DNA of 64,000 nt from Octopus bimaculoides (taxonomy: Eukaryota), in NCBI RefSeq assembly GCF_001194135.2, contig NC_068997.1, forward strand, positions 6,713,387 to 6,777,386, written 5' to 3'. This document shows, one piece after another, positions 52,070 through 64,000 of the stretch. How positions within the stretch are numbered: the first letter of the stretch is position 1; each line of letters starts with the position of its first letter. The notes below the pieces were generated by a model. It was given only the letters and a program-made list of their open reading frames with translations, made no database searches and was not told where the DNA came from. The translations under genes and the position numbers were made by a program.

Positions 52070-52750
52070 TGAGTTTACTTAGCTTGAGTGTCTTCTCAAG
52101 TGCAGTAAAGCACCAGATGTCTCAGTCCTTCATCACCTCTGTGGTTCTACATCTGAAGATCATTTCTCATCACTTCATTTCACATTTTTCAGAATCTTCC
52201 TCTTCCATAGGTTTCCTCCACAATTATAGACTGGCACTTCTTTATGCAGCTGTCCTAATCCATACCCATCACATACCCACACCAGTGCAGTCTCCTCTCT
52301 TGCACACTACAGCTGATATCTCTTAAATCCAATTTTTCTCTTAAAACATTTCCACTCTGTTCTACGTTGCACACAGACATTGTACATCCAGTGGAGCATA
52401 TATTAGCTTCATTTCTTCCAACCTTTTTGCATGTCCTCTGCGGTCACAGACCATATTTCGCAGCCATGTAGCATAGCTGTTCACACACAGGCATCATACA
52501 ACCTGCTTTTCATTCTGAAGGAGAGGCCCTTTGTTACCAACAAAAGTAGAAGCTCTCTGAATTTTGCCCAGCCAGTTCTTATTCTAGCAACAACACTTTC
52601 AGAGCATCCTCCTCCATTGCCAACTTGGTTGCCCTGGTAACAGAAGCTATCTACTACTTCTAAGGATCCCCACCCCACTAGACATTTAAGGATGTCTATT
52701 TTCTGCACATTCTTAGTGTTTATTGTACCTGCACATCTGCCACACACAAG
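52070..52750 (-). mobile_element. RTE LINE C-terminal fragment
   Basis: CGRCAGTINT..LEVVDSFCYQGNQVGNGGGCSESVVARIRTGWAKFRELL; same family as 20731-22039. Confidence 0.9.
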
Positions 52751-53036
52751 AACAAAGATATATATATGTGTGTGTGTGCGTCTGTGTGTGTCTGTGTGTA
52801 TGTGTGTGTGTGTGTGTGCATGCACATTCACACACACATAGATATATAATCATCATCATCATTATCATTATCATGATATATATATATATGTATGTATGTA
52901 TAAACATATGTATATACAAATATATATGTATACAAAATAATAATAATAATAATGAAATTATTGTTTACAGTGCTCAGGTGCACTACAACTTATCAAAGGT
53001 GCATGTATAGTACACAGAATTATATACAAATGCCAG

Positions 53037-53067
<31 letters not shown>

Positions 53068-55963
53068 NNNNNNNNNNNNNNNNNNNNNNNNNNNNNNNNN
53101 NNNNNNNNNNNNNNNNNNNNNNNNNNNNNNNNNNNNNNNNNNNNNNNNNNNNNNNNNNNNNNNNNNNNNNNNNNNNNNNNNNNNNNNNNNNNNNNNNNNN
53201 NNNNNNNNNNNNNNNNNNNNNNNNNNNNNNNNNNNNNNNNNNNNNNNNNNNNNNNNNNNNNNNNNNNNNNNNNNNNNNNNNNNNNNNNNNNNNNNNNNNN
53301 NNNNNNNNNNNNNNNNNNNATATATATAAAATTTGCTTTGGGGATATGTTAACCTCATAGAGGGATGGTTCTATACCTAGTATTTGCATTTATATGTTAT
53401 GAGCATAATTTCATCAGAGAAAAAAAGATGTACCTTAAGATGTTACATGCCAACCTATCAGTTCATGCCAGCAGACTAAATATGGGGGATGTTTTTTATT
53501 TTTATTATTGTCCCCTCCCCCTGTGATGTGTGTGTGTGTGTGTGTGTGTGTGCTTATATACTCTGTATAAATGAAAACATAATGCAATTATTATTAGGTT
53601 AAAACTATTTTTGCTTCAAACTAAATTGAAGTTCAGAATGTTTTGTGAATTAACATCTTCAAAAGGTTTTTGGAATTAGCATTATCATCACATAATCTGT
53701 TGTAGATTAATCCTGGTGGTTTTATCTCATTAGGGTAAATAGTAACCTGAAACATGTTAATCTGTCCTGGATGATTAAACTACTGGTATTTAACATGTGT
53801 GTCTGTGTGTCTGTGTGTGTTTATTGCTACATATATTCTAACACTCACAGCAACCACATAAAAACGCCAACTATAATAACATGTTTATTAAGTAATATTG
53901 AGCATTAAGGTCCATAAATGGACTTAGCAGATGTTTGTTTTTTTGTTTTTAATTTAGATTTAGTTTAAATTCATATTGATGAAGTAATTAGCATCACTTA
54001 ATTAATGCTGCAATGAACTAACTGGATAGAGTGGATAAGAACCATTTTGAAAAACCACAAAAGCAGAAATTGGAGAGGGAGGAAGAGAGGGGGGTGAGGG
54101 TGAGAGAGAGGGTGAGGGTGAGAGAGGGGGTGAGGGTGAGAGGGGGGNNNNNNNNNNNNNNNNNNNNNNNNNNNNNNNNNNNNNNNNNNNNNNNNNNNNN
54201 NNNNNNNNNNNNNNNNNNNNNNNNNNNNNNNNNNNNNNNNNNNNNNNNNNNNNNNNNNNNNNNNNNNNNNNNNNNNNNNNNNNNNNNNNNNNNNNNNNNN
54301 NNNNNNNNNNNNNNNNNNNNNNNNNNNNNNNNNNNNNNNNNNNNNNNNNNNNNNNNNNNNNNNNNNNNNNNNNNNNNNNNNNNNNNNNNNNNNNNNNNNN
54401 NNNNNNNNNNNNNNNNNNNNNNNNNNNNNNNNNNNNNNNNNNNNNNNNNNNNNNNNNNNNNNNNNNNNNNNNNNNNNNNNNNNNNNNNNNNNNNNNNNNN
54501 NNNNNNNNNNNNNNNNNNNNNNNNNNNNNNNNNNNNNNNNNNNNNNNNNNNNNNNNNNNNNNNNNNNNNNNNNNNNNNNNNNNNNNNNNNNNNNNNNNNN
54601 NNNNNNNNNNNNNNNNNNNNNNNNNNNNNNNNNNNNNNNNNNNNNNNNNNNNNNNNNNNNNNNNNNNNNNNNNNNNNNNNNNNNNNNNNNNNNTGACAAC
54701 AGGGGAGATGTTTGGAATAATAGAGTGCTGGGACTCTGTATGTGTGTGTGTGTGTGTGTTTGTGTGTGAAAGAGAGAGAGAGAGAGAGAGAGAGAGTGTG
54801 TATATATTTATACAGTCTTTCCACTCCATAAGTTTTTTACTTTAGATGGTGCAGTAAGTTTTCAGGAAGCCAAGTTCACAACTGAGATTCAGTTCCCAGT
54901 TGAATCAAATTTAATCAGCCACTTAAAGCTCTGAGAAATGCATGAATGTCACATGATCTCACTCCCCCCTCCCCGCCACTCTCTGTATAAGTGGGACTTT
55001 ATTCTTGACAAAGAAATCAATATTTCACAGAAGGTTTTCATGGGTGAATGGTTAATGGTTAAAATAAATCAATAATCCATTATTTCTGAGAAAGATAAAA
55101 ACATTTCCAAGAAAATACTTGTTAATGTAACTGAAGAAGATATAAAACTAAAAACTATGTCTTCATATTGAACTAAACATTGATAGCCGTCGGTATCAAA
55201 ATGTTATATATTGATCAGCAAAGAGATGACAGTATTTACAAGTTTACTGTGATTAGTCTGCCAGTTAGCACTAATGATCGTTCTCCATATTTCTAGATTT
55301 TTGTTGATGTAATTGGTTTGTGCTAGCAATAAAATTTATTTGACCTTATTTCTATTTATAGATCATAAAACTATAAATCTTATATTAAAAAAAAACAACC
55401 AAATATCAACAAAAACAAAACAATACTTTCAATAAAATGCTAATTACTGCCAAGAACTTTTAGAGAAAATTCTGATTAGCTTTTATCTGAAAGAGGGTAA
55501 ACATGGAAGAGAATTATTTTTTTATTGAATAAAGTCTTAAAGAGTTTTGATGATAAAATTAAAAAATGAATGATAAAAATAGAAGGTATTCAAAAATTTT
55601 GGTGTTGGAAAACAACTTTGGTTGCTTTTGTCCTATGGCATGTGATACATTGATTATGATGAATGGTTTATGTCAAGAAATGAGTTCATTGGTTAACATT
55701 TTCACTTGGTTTGAATACCACATGTACAGTGAATGATTTACACTTACAAACTGATACTTTCATGAGGATTTCCATACTAAACAAGGAGAGAATACAACAT
55801 TAAAGGGTGGATTCAACAGGAAGATAAAGAATACAATATTTAAAAATAAATTAGGTAAACGTTTTCCAAATCTTGCAAAATTAAAGATTGAAACCCCTCC
55901 CATGAACAACCCCCTCCCCTGAACATCAGAACTGACACCATAATAGAAGATACTATAATTCCA

Positions 55964-56169
55964 GACAAATACATAACAAAAACACCAGGACTTACAAATA
56001 TATATAACATACAGAAAATTGCACTACTGGGTACTGCACACATTCTACGCAAAACACTTTCAATACAGTAAACATAAGAGCACCCCAGCACATACCCAAG
56101 GCGCACAGAGCTGCGCTCGGTAGTGAAGTGAAAGCACGTTATAAAAATAAAACTACTGAACAATAATAA

Positions 56170-56208
<39 letters not shown>
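55964..56208 (+). mobile_element. R4/Dong-like non-LTR retrotransposon 3' end with an (AAT)n tail
   Basis: KYITKTPGLTNIYNIQKIALLGTAHILRKTLSIQ* (stop 56069-56071) matches the IQK..LLGTAHILRK C-terminus of RLE-type elements; short 3' UTR, then (AAT)n. Confidence 0.8.
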
Positions 56209-58578
56209 CTATGTTGGGCAGAGTAGGAACAACTTGATGAGGAAACGGGAAATTATCTGGTTCACCCCTCTTTTTTCCCTCCAAGTCAGAAACCTCCCTA
56301 AATCAATTTTTAGGATTTTTGACTGGAATTTCTCATTAGGTCATAAATATCATTCCATCTTTAATAGGTCCTGCCTTAAATTATCAACGCCCAGCCTAGG
56401 ATCTATAATTGCGGCCAAAAATAGATTTAAATAATAGTGTTGATAGAAATGACAATATAGTTGACCTTAATAGGAACAATAATAATAAAAATCCTGACAT
56501 TAAAAAAATATAAAGGCAAAGCATGGAAATAAAACATGCAATTGCCGTAACTGGGAGTTATGTCCCTTAAATGGATTCAGTTTAAGGAGAAATGTCAGAT
56601 ATAAAGTTGAAGTTTCAACCCTTAGTGAATTAAAAAAGATTTACATAGGAAGTACGACTGATTTTAAGACTAGATATAGGGTACACACAAATTCATTTAT
56701 TAATCAAGAAAAAAAAAATTCAACTGCTCTGGCAACCCACATTAATACATTAAAAATGCACAACAAAGAATTCAGCCAAATGAAGCACAACTCTGCTCAT
56801 TCTGTATGTGATGTTTTAGTCTAGTAATGCATTATTGGAAATGGTGCTGCCGACGTATTTGAATGCTTTGCACTTGGCCAGCCTTTCATGTCTAATAGGC
56901 GATGTTTTCTTCTCTTACAGGAGCAGTTAAGTTCACTACATTTTGGTAAAGGCTTTTGGTTTTTCTGATGTTAATCTTTAAGCTGAACTGTTGTGCAGCT
57001 CTGTCAAAATTATCAAACAGTTTCTGTTCAGTAGTTCACCTTAAAGATTTAAATGATAGATACAGAATAGAGTATACTTTGACCAAATTTAATTTTACGG
57101 CATATGAAATAATCTATTGCTTGTGTGTGGGTGTAAATACATAACAAACCCTTCACAGTTTTAAAATATTGCTGTTATATTAAATAAATCATGATATTTG
57201 ATCATGATGTATGTAAACAGATAACACAGCTTAGTGCCTAAAAGAATTGCTTTTATTAAATAAATACTGAATGGTTCATCAACAAGCCTAATTAACTGAT
57301 TAATGTTTTTCATTCACATTCATAGTAAACAATAGAAAGAATTATATCCTCTTATTCAAACAAAGAATCTCTGATTATTTTGGGAGAATGGCAGAAGAGT
57401 AGAACACTGGACAAACTGCCTCATGGTATTTAGGAAGGGTCTTTTGGAATTTGAGTTGAAATGCTAATGAGCTTAACTGTTCCTTCCAGGAGCAATGAAA
57501 ATAAAATACCAGAGTTTATTTGATCAACTAGATTCTTGTTCAAACATGTATGGCTTTGTGCCAATATTAGAAATTCAAGAATTTGTCTTTATATTTGAAA
57601 CATCCCTTCTAATTATTATTGGAAAAATTCATTGTCTCAAGTTAATCTAAAAAAAAAAAGTCTTTCGTTGGGTCTACTTTTGAAGAATTTGGATATATCT
57701 TAAAAAAAAAAAAAGAAAACTGTTCGATTAATAGTACTATATAAACTTAATCTCAATTCTTTTAATGTTTCCCAAGAAATTGTTTAAAATCTTTAACCTC
57801 CCAAATTATGAAATATCCTCTTTGAGATTAAAGATTCTAGTTTCGAAGTTGAAAAAAAAATCACAGAAACAATTCAAAGTTTGTGTTTAAAGGGAAAGAA
57901 CTTTTAAAAATCTTTTGCCTGAATTTCTTAGGAAAACTTGAGTTTTTAACCTAAAAATTATGCAATATTTTCTCAGTCTAGTAAGTAAAAAGCTTGATAT
58001 TCCGAGTAAGAAATCTGTCGTTTGATGTAAAAAAAATTGTAATTTTTTTCCTTTGATATAATCAACTAATTTCCGAATTCATTCTCAGTTTTGAGAGGGA
58101 CAAGTGTATCAAGGGAAATAACCCTGTGTAATTATTTCCCGTAACTTAATTGGAACAAGTCTCCGAGTGAATTTCTTTTGTATTACAGGCTTTCATTATG
58201 TATCGTAAATGATTCTGTTAGGTGTTCCACATTTAATCTATCGAAAAGTGTTCGAAAATACTAAGCATCATTTTTCTGTTGCTGTATGTATATCTACTTT
58301 ATAGATTTTCCTTTAATCATGTTTGTATATTTTCTGCTGATAGTATCTCTCTGACATACAAACTCACAAATATCTTCGCTGTTTGTTCTATTCATAAGTT
58401 TCTTGATATTCAGCCGATTATTGAAATATTTTCTCTGATTTTCTATTTCAAATTGTATTGTACGATTTCTGTAACTTATCGCGTTCTCCTACAAGAACTG
58501 ATTCTTAGCCTTTCACTCAACTTTTTTCTTCTTTTTCAGAAAAAAAGGAATACTCCAATCCTTCGAATGTAACAGGTT

Positions 58579-58620
<42 letters not shown>

Positions 58621-59041
58621 GAGAGAGAGAGAGAGAGAGAGGGGGGAGAGAGAGAGAGAGAGATATTTTAAAACCTTAAACTTAGGCATGTGTGTCGTAC
58701 AACGCGAACGCGAAGGACAGTAGGAGAAACACAACACATGTGGTGGGTACGAATATAAATTATACAAAAGAAAGAAATGTCGTTCAGCTTTGAGAGCAGA
58801 ATCGGACAAGACGTGAGCATGAGTAACGCAATGGAAAATGATGTCATATAGGATTGGCAAAGGAAAGTGAGGAGATTAAACGACAGAACGAATACTGTGT
58901 GTGTATGTGGTGGTGGGGAAACGAACTCGGTGTTGAAGGTGAAGGAGAAAGCAAAAGCCCAGGAGTCAGCGGTGTAGTGAAAAAAGGAAGTTGAAAGGAG
59001 AAATAGGAATGGTCACAGCTGACATGGTAATGGGAGGTGAG

Positions 59042-59082
<41 letters not shown>

Positions 59083-59399
59083 GCAGAGAAAAAGGTTGCA
59101 AGGAGGAAGATAGAAAGAAAGAAATGTAAGAGATAGTAGAGAGAAAGAAAGGGAATGAGGGAGGGTGCACAGGAAGAGAGAAGGGGGTAGTAAAGTGAAG
59201 GGGGGGGGGGCGACAGAAAAGGCAACAGAGAAGTGAGGTGGTGAGAGAGGGGAGTAGAGTGAGGAAGAGAAAAAAAGAAAGAAATGTCGCTCCAAAAATT
59301 CTTGTGATGTGACAATGAGAAATGTCCATTAATGACTTATAAGTGATACTTCGTTAGGCAACCATAACATACTGGAAAGTATATGAAATGTTTTTATAA

Positions 59400-59805
59400 G
59401 GCGTAGGAGTGGCTATGTGGTAAGTAGCTTGCTTACCAACCACATGGTTCTGGGTTCAGTCCCACTGCGTGGCACCTTGGGCAAGTGTCTTCTACTATAG
59501 CTTCGGGCCGACCGAAGCCTTGTGAGTGGATTTGATAGACGGAAACTGAAAGAAGCCCGTCGTATATATGTATATATATGTATGTGTGTGTATATGTTTG
59601 TGTGTCTGTGTTTGTCCCCCCAACATCGCTTGACAACCGATGGTGGTTGTTTACGTACCCGTCACTTAGCGGTTCGGCAAAAGAGTCCGAAAGAATAAGT
59701 ACTAGGCTTACAAAGAATAAGTCCTGGGGTCGATTTTCTCGACTAAAGGCGGTGCTCCAGCATGGCCGCAGTCAAATGACTGAAACGAGTAAAAAGAGTA
59801 AAAAA
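59400..59805 (+). mobile_element. Full-length tRNA-headed SINE with an internal (TA)/(TG) tract
   Basis: A-box TGGCTATGTGG, B-box GGGTTCAGTCCC, then gcaccttgggcaagtgtcttc; CpG-rich (young); tail gaaacgagtaaaaagagtaaa. Confidence 0.9.
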
Positions 59806-60559
59806 AAAAGGAGCAAGTAAACACCACGTCCTAACTGTGTTAGCAGTGCTCTTTAGATTGTTTTGTTGAGGTTATTTCAACAGAAATCATAGCCAGCACC
59901 GATATTTTTTTCTCGGAGGAGAAGAATGGAGCGTGGCATTACATTAAATAATGTTCAAAATTGAATACGGCAAAAGAACGAATGGAAAATTCACACAGAA
60001 CACTTGGAAATGCTCTTTCTTCGTGAATTATCGTCTCAGAAAAATCATTACAATTTCACGTCTTTAAAGATGATATTACTCATTTTTAGTGGTATCAACA
60101 GCATATATATATATTTTGTAAAAGATTTATTCAATTACAAACCGGTTTCGACAATTTTTTGCTTATCACTCTAAACTAAAGCTTTTATTTATTTATTTGT
60201 ACCATTAATATGCAAGAAATAGTCGATACCGGTTTGGTATTTGAATAAATTCATTACAAAATTTAAAAACGACTTTTTTTCGGGATAGTCATTTATTTAT
60301 CTTTTTTTTTTTTTGCCGAATAAACACACGCACTATATATATTTGTTCTCCACTCGTTTATTACTGTTCCTATATTATGAAAATTTGAAAGAATCTGAAC
60401 GTTTAGATAAGATAGCCTCCTTGAAAGAAAATCAGACCAAAAGATAAACCTTTTTTAAAAGGCCGATTCTTGAAAGTGAATCAGTTACTCGAGCTTATAT
60501 GCCATGTCGGGATTTAGTTTGGTGGAGCTAACCTCAGCTTCATACATTACTGCTTCAGC

Positions 60560-60800
60560 ATAACCGGTCGTATTTAGCGGATAAACGTTGGTGCTAGTCC
60601 CTGAGTCGTTGGCTTTTATTCTTTTGTGGAGTGTATGGAATATGATATCTTGTTTTGTTGGTTGTGCAACTGTAACTTAATTTAAGATTATGTCTGATAA
60701 ATAATTTTCTAGATTTATAGTTAGTGGGGACGTGTATTTCGATTAAAGCTAAGGAAGGCATCACCGGTATTAGGCGTAACATTTAATGTGAAAAGATGTT
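60560..60800 (-). mobile_element. Penelope-like element ORF remnant
   Basis: KLFIRHNLKLSYSCTTN resembles the PLE RT-to-GIY-YIG linker (KLFNR.N.K.SYSCM.N). Confidence 0.7.
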
Positions 60801-62869
60801 TAGCCTGTAGAATATTTCGGCATTTTTTCTTTGTTTGGAAAGGCTAAGGGCATTGACAGTTTCATATTCTTGTATCTGCTAGGTTGAATGACATCGTTTT
60901 AATAAGCTGCCGCCTTATTCAATATTTCCTTGTTTGCAGAGAAACTGAAAATACTTTTGTTGTTATTACTGAAATTAAATGCAAAAACCAATGGACGAGT
61001 GGCAATTTTTTCCAATTGTTGACGAACAGGAAGCTTTGACAGAAAATCGCAATGTTTACGTGACTAGAATTTAAGCTGACATCTTTTGAAATTTTAACTT
61101 TGTGAGTGCATTATGTGCGTATATATGTGTACACACATACACACGTGTGTGTGTGTACATATATATATACATGTACATATATACATATATGTATGTACAT
61201 ATATATATATACACATGTATATACACACAAACACACATATATATACACATACATACACACATGTATATACACACATATATAAGTACAAATATACTCATAA
61301 ACACACACGCACATATATATATATACATATATATGCATTTGGTTTACATGCACATATACATATATGTATATACGTGCGTACATACATACATACGTACGTA
61401 CACACTTTGTAATTTGAAAAAGATGTTAGTTGGTATTCTAGTCACGTAAATGATGGGATTTTCTGTCAAGGTTTCTTTTGTTCGCCAAGAATTGAGGGGG
61501 GGGGAGCCAGTTTTTAAAATGAAACAGAAATATTTTGCGGTTTTAGTGGAGAGGTTACAAAATAGACTCAGTAAGTAAAAGCTCTCCTCTCTTTTTCTCT
61601 CTCGCATACTTGCTACATGGCTGGTTGTATTGAGCTTTGATTGATGTATGCGCCGCTCTCTCTCTCTCTCTCTCTCTCTGTATGGATTCAGTATAGTCAT
61701 TATGTTTTCTGTATACAAAATCTTTTTCTTTCGATTTAGACCTTAAGGAATTACAATGCCATTGATTCACGAGACCGCGTGGGAGCCTCTGTTCAGTTTC
61801 TTGTCCTGCTCGTACATGACCATCCATTCTCAACTACAGCATCCACTAGCATCAGGTACGACGTCTGATGCCTTTAACACCTGTTCTACCATTAGTGTTT
61901 TGTGTTTATCAGTAGTAGCAGTGCGACACAGGCGAGATGGAACTAGCAGGGAAACATCTCTGAAATCATAATGAACCGCTGTTAACAAGAGAGGAAGGAT
62001 ACTATATAATATAACGTAGTTTTAGATAAAGCTTTTCGAACATGTGACAAAATAGTTACGGCTGGAACGACTTTGGTAAATGTTCGGTTGAATCAAGGTT
62101 GACCTAAGTTTAAATAACAACAATACAAAATCTTTCGTCTTTTTTTTTATACTTAAGTGAGTTTAAGTGAAGCTCTGTCGGTCTAGGGCAGTGTTCTCAA
62201 CCTTCTAGAGCTCAGCGGCCCCCTTTCACTGGATGCCATTTTATAAATGACCCCCTCTCGGTATTTTGCAAAAAAAGAAAGAAAAGAAAGTAGATTGGTT
62301 AAACTAAACAGAAGCCAATGTACAGTGATTTATGGCGCCTATTTTCTTGTAATATCTCATCTTATATGTTCATGTTAACGTTTGTAGGGACAAGGACTAC
62401 CTAAGATAAGCTTTCAAGGAAATTACTAAAGAAAGCGAATACTTCTATAATGAAATTATTTTTGTGCTTTGGTGCATCATTAGTCACTAAGCATTCTGCT
62501 CTCTGAGAACACAATGTCTTGTTCATATTCTAATGGCGACGAAATTTTCTTTGAAAATGTGTTTAAAATATAAGTTTTGCATAGCCATTCGTGTATCCTA
62601 CTTAAATATATCGCAGAAAGTGCCGAGTAATGGGAGTGAACCCGAAACCATGTTGTGGAGAAACGAACTTCTTAACTAAACAACCACACTGGCACCTATT
62701 AAAAAGAATTATTCCCTCTTAATTGTCAATATGTCTTTAGCCTTAATTTTAAAATTCAAATTCAAAGGTATTAATTTTCTGATTGATTTCTGATGTGTTT
62801 GCTTTTGATATTCAGAATCGATTGAACGACGAGTAGAACGACTTGTGATATTTCGTTGCATATTTTTGT

Positions 62870-63015
62870 GTTCTTAGTTCTAGTCCCATGTGGTAGACTT
62901 TGTCTTTCATCCTTCCGGGGTCGATAGAATAAATATCAATCAAATACAAGAGTTGATATAATTGACTGCGCCTTACTTGAAAATGTGTGACATTAATGAA
63001 TATTAGAAGAAGTCA
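62870..63015 (+). mobile_element. Short SINE of the 33-kb array family
   Basis: ctttgtctttcatccttccggggtcgatagaataaat core. Confidence 0.65.
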
Positions 63016-64000
63016 ACAGGTCGGTTGGATTAGAAGAGCCTCAATAAATTGAGTTTGTCATTAAAAGAGAAAGAAGCTAACGTTTCGGAATGTTGTCCTT
63101 CTTCCGAGAGAGAATATATAAAAGTATTATAGTATTGGTGGCGAGATTGCAGATGGATAATGGAGATCGATAAAAGAGTAATGTGTGAGTATGGTGGTGG
63201 TGGCGGGGGGGGAGGTGTAAAAGACAGCGTGAGGTGCTATGAGTAGAGTGCTTATAGAATGAGGGAGGGAGGGAGGNNNNNNNNNNNNNNNNNNNNNNNN
63301 NNNNNNNNNNNNNNNNNNNNNNNNNNNNNNNNNNNNNNNNNNNNNNNNNNNNNNNNNNNNNNNNNNNNNNNNNNNNNNNNNNNNNNNNNNNNNNNNNNNN
63401 NNNNNNNNNNNNNNNNNNNNNNNNNNNNNNNNNNNNNNNNNNNNNNNNNNNNNNNNNNNNNNNNNNNNNNNNNNNNNNNNNNNNNNNNNNNNNNNNNNAG
63501 GAGGAGGAGGGGGAGGTGGAAGAGGAGGAGGAGGAATGCAAAAAGTTGTCAATAACTAGGATGAGTTGAAAGATAGTAAAAATGACAATTATAAAGGAAA
63601 CGACGACTTCTACTGTCCAAAGCGGAGGTCAGTGAGGATGTGGAGAAGTGTGCTGGAGGTGGGATGGGAGAGGGCGATAGAGGGAACAGAAATAAAACAG
63701 CAAAGAATTACAAATCAGGTGAATACATACAACACAATATATTTAGTCACAGAGACACATAATGTTTGTCTCCATTACTGCTGTGGCTGACTTTGCTATC
63801 TTTCCGAGCTTGATATAACAAGAAGCTGTTAAGTGGAATGGAGTTGAGCTAATAGAGAGTTCTCGCTCTGAAGCTTTGTGACAATGTTAGGAATCAACAG
63901 CTTAAAGATGACTGTGAAAGGTAGAATGAAGGATTAACTGTTTGAATGACACTGGAAGGTAGAGTAACGGATGAAATCTATTGCAATATTTAGTTATGTA

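Noticed and set aside
59400-59470. tRNA-like sequence (also other SINE heads)
   Set aside because: A and B boxes are present but there is no cloverleaf, and the sequence runs on into a SINE body.

Overview
AT-rich, gappy, microsatellite-rich eukaryotic scaffold. The repeat content (RTE LINEs, tRNA-headed SINEs, Penelope and R4 remnants) looks like a coleoid cephalopod, probably Octopus (inference). One protein-coding gene is firmly supported: the 5' end of an AGAP1/3-like (centaurin-gamma) gene on the minus strand. Its coding exon 1 is 37747-37573 and exon 2 is 2663-2605 (59 nt), separated by a 34.9-kb intron; exon 3 lies beyond the left edge. Upstream (37.8-38.8 kb) is a CpG-retaining promoter with NRF1-like, ETS and RFX X-box motifs, and there are hints of an unidentified divergent plus-strand transcript (39-57 kb). 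The rest is decayed transposons. Best leads: (1) a minimal Penelope-type hammerhead ribozyme fold at 46019-46055 with an atypical core; (2) a variable array of about 65-nt double-hairpin units in the 3' UTR of an RTE LINE family; (3) three upstream ATGs, 10 nt apart and in all three frames, just before the AGAP start; (4) a five-copy head-to-tail SINE array; (5) elements that insert at (AAT)n tracts. No CRISPR, rRNA or true tRNA genes were seen. All analysis was by eye; no database searches were run and repeat boundaries are approximate.
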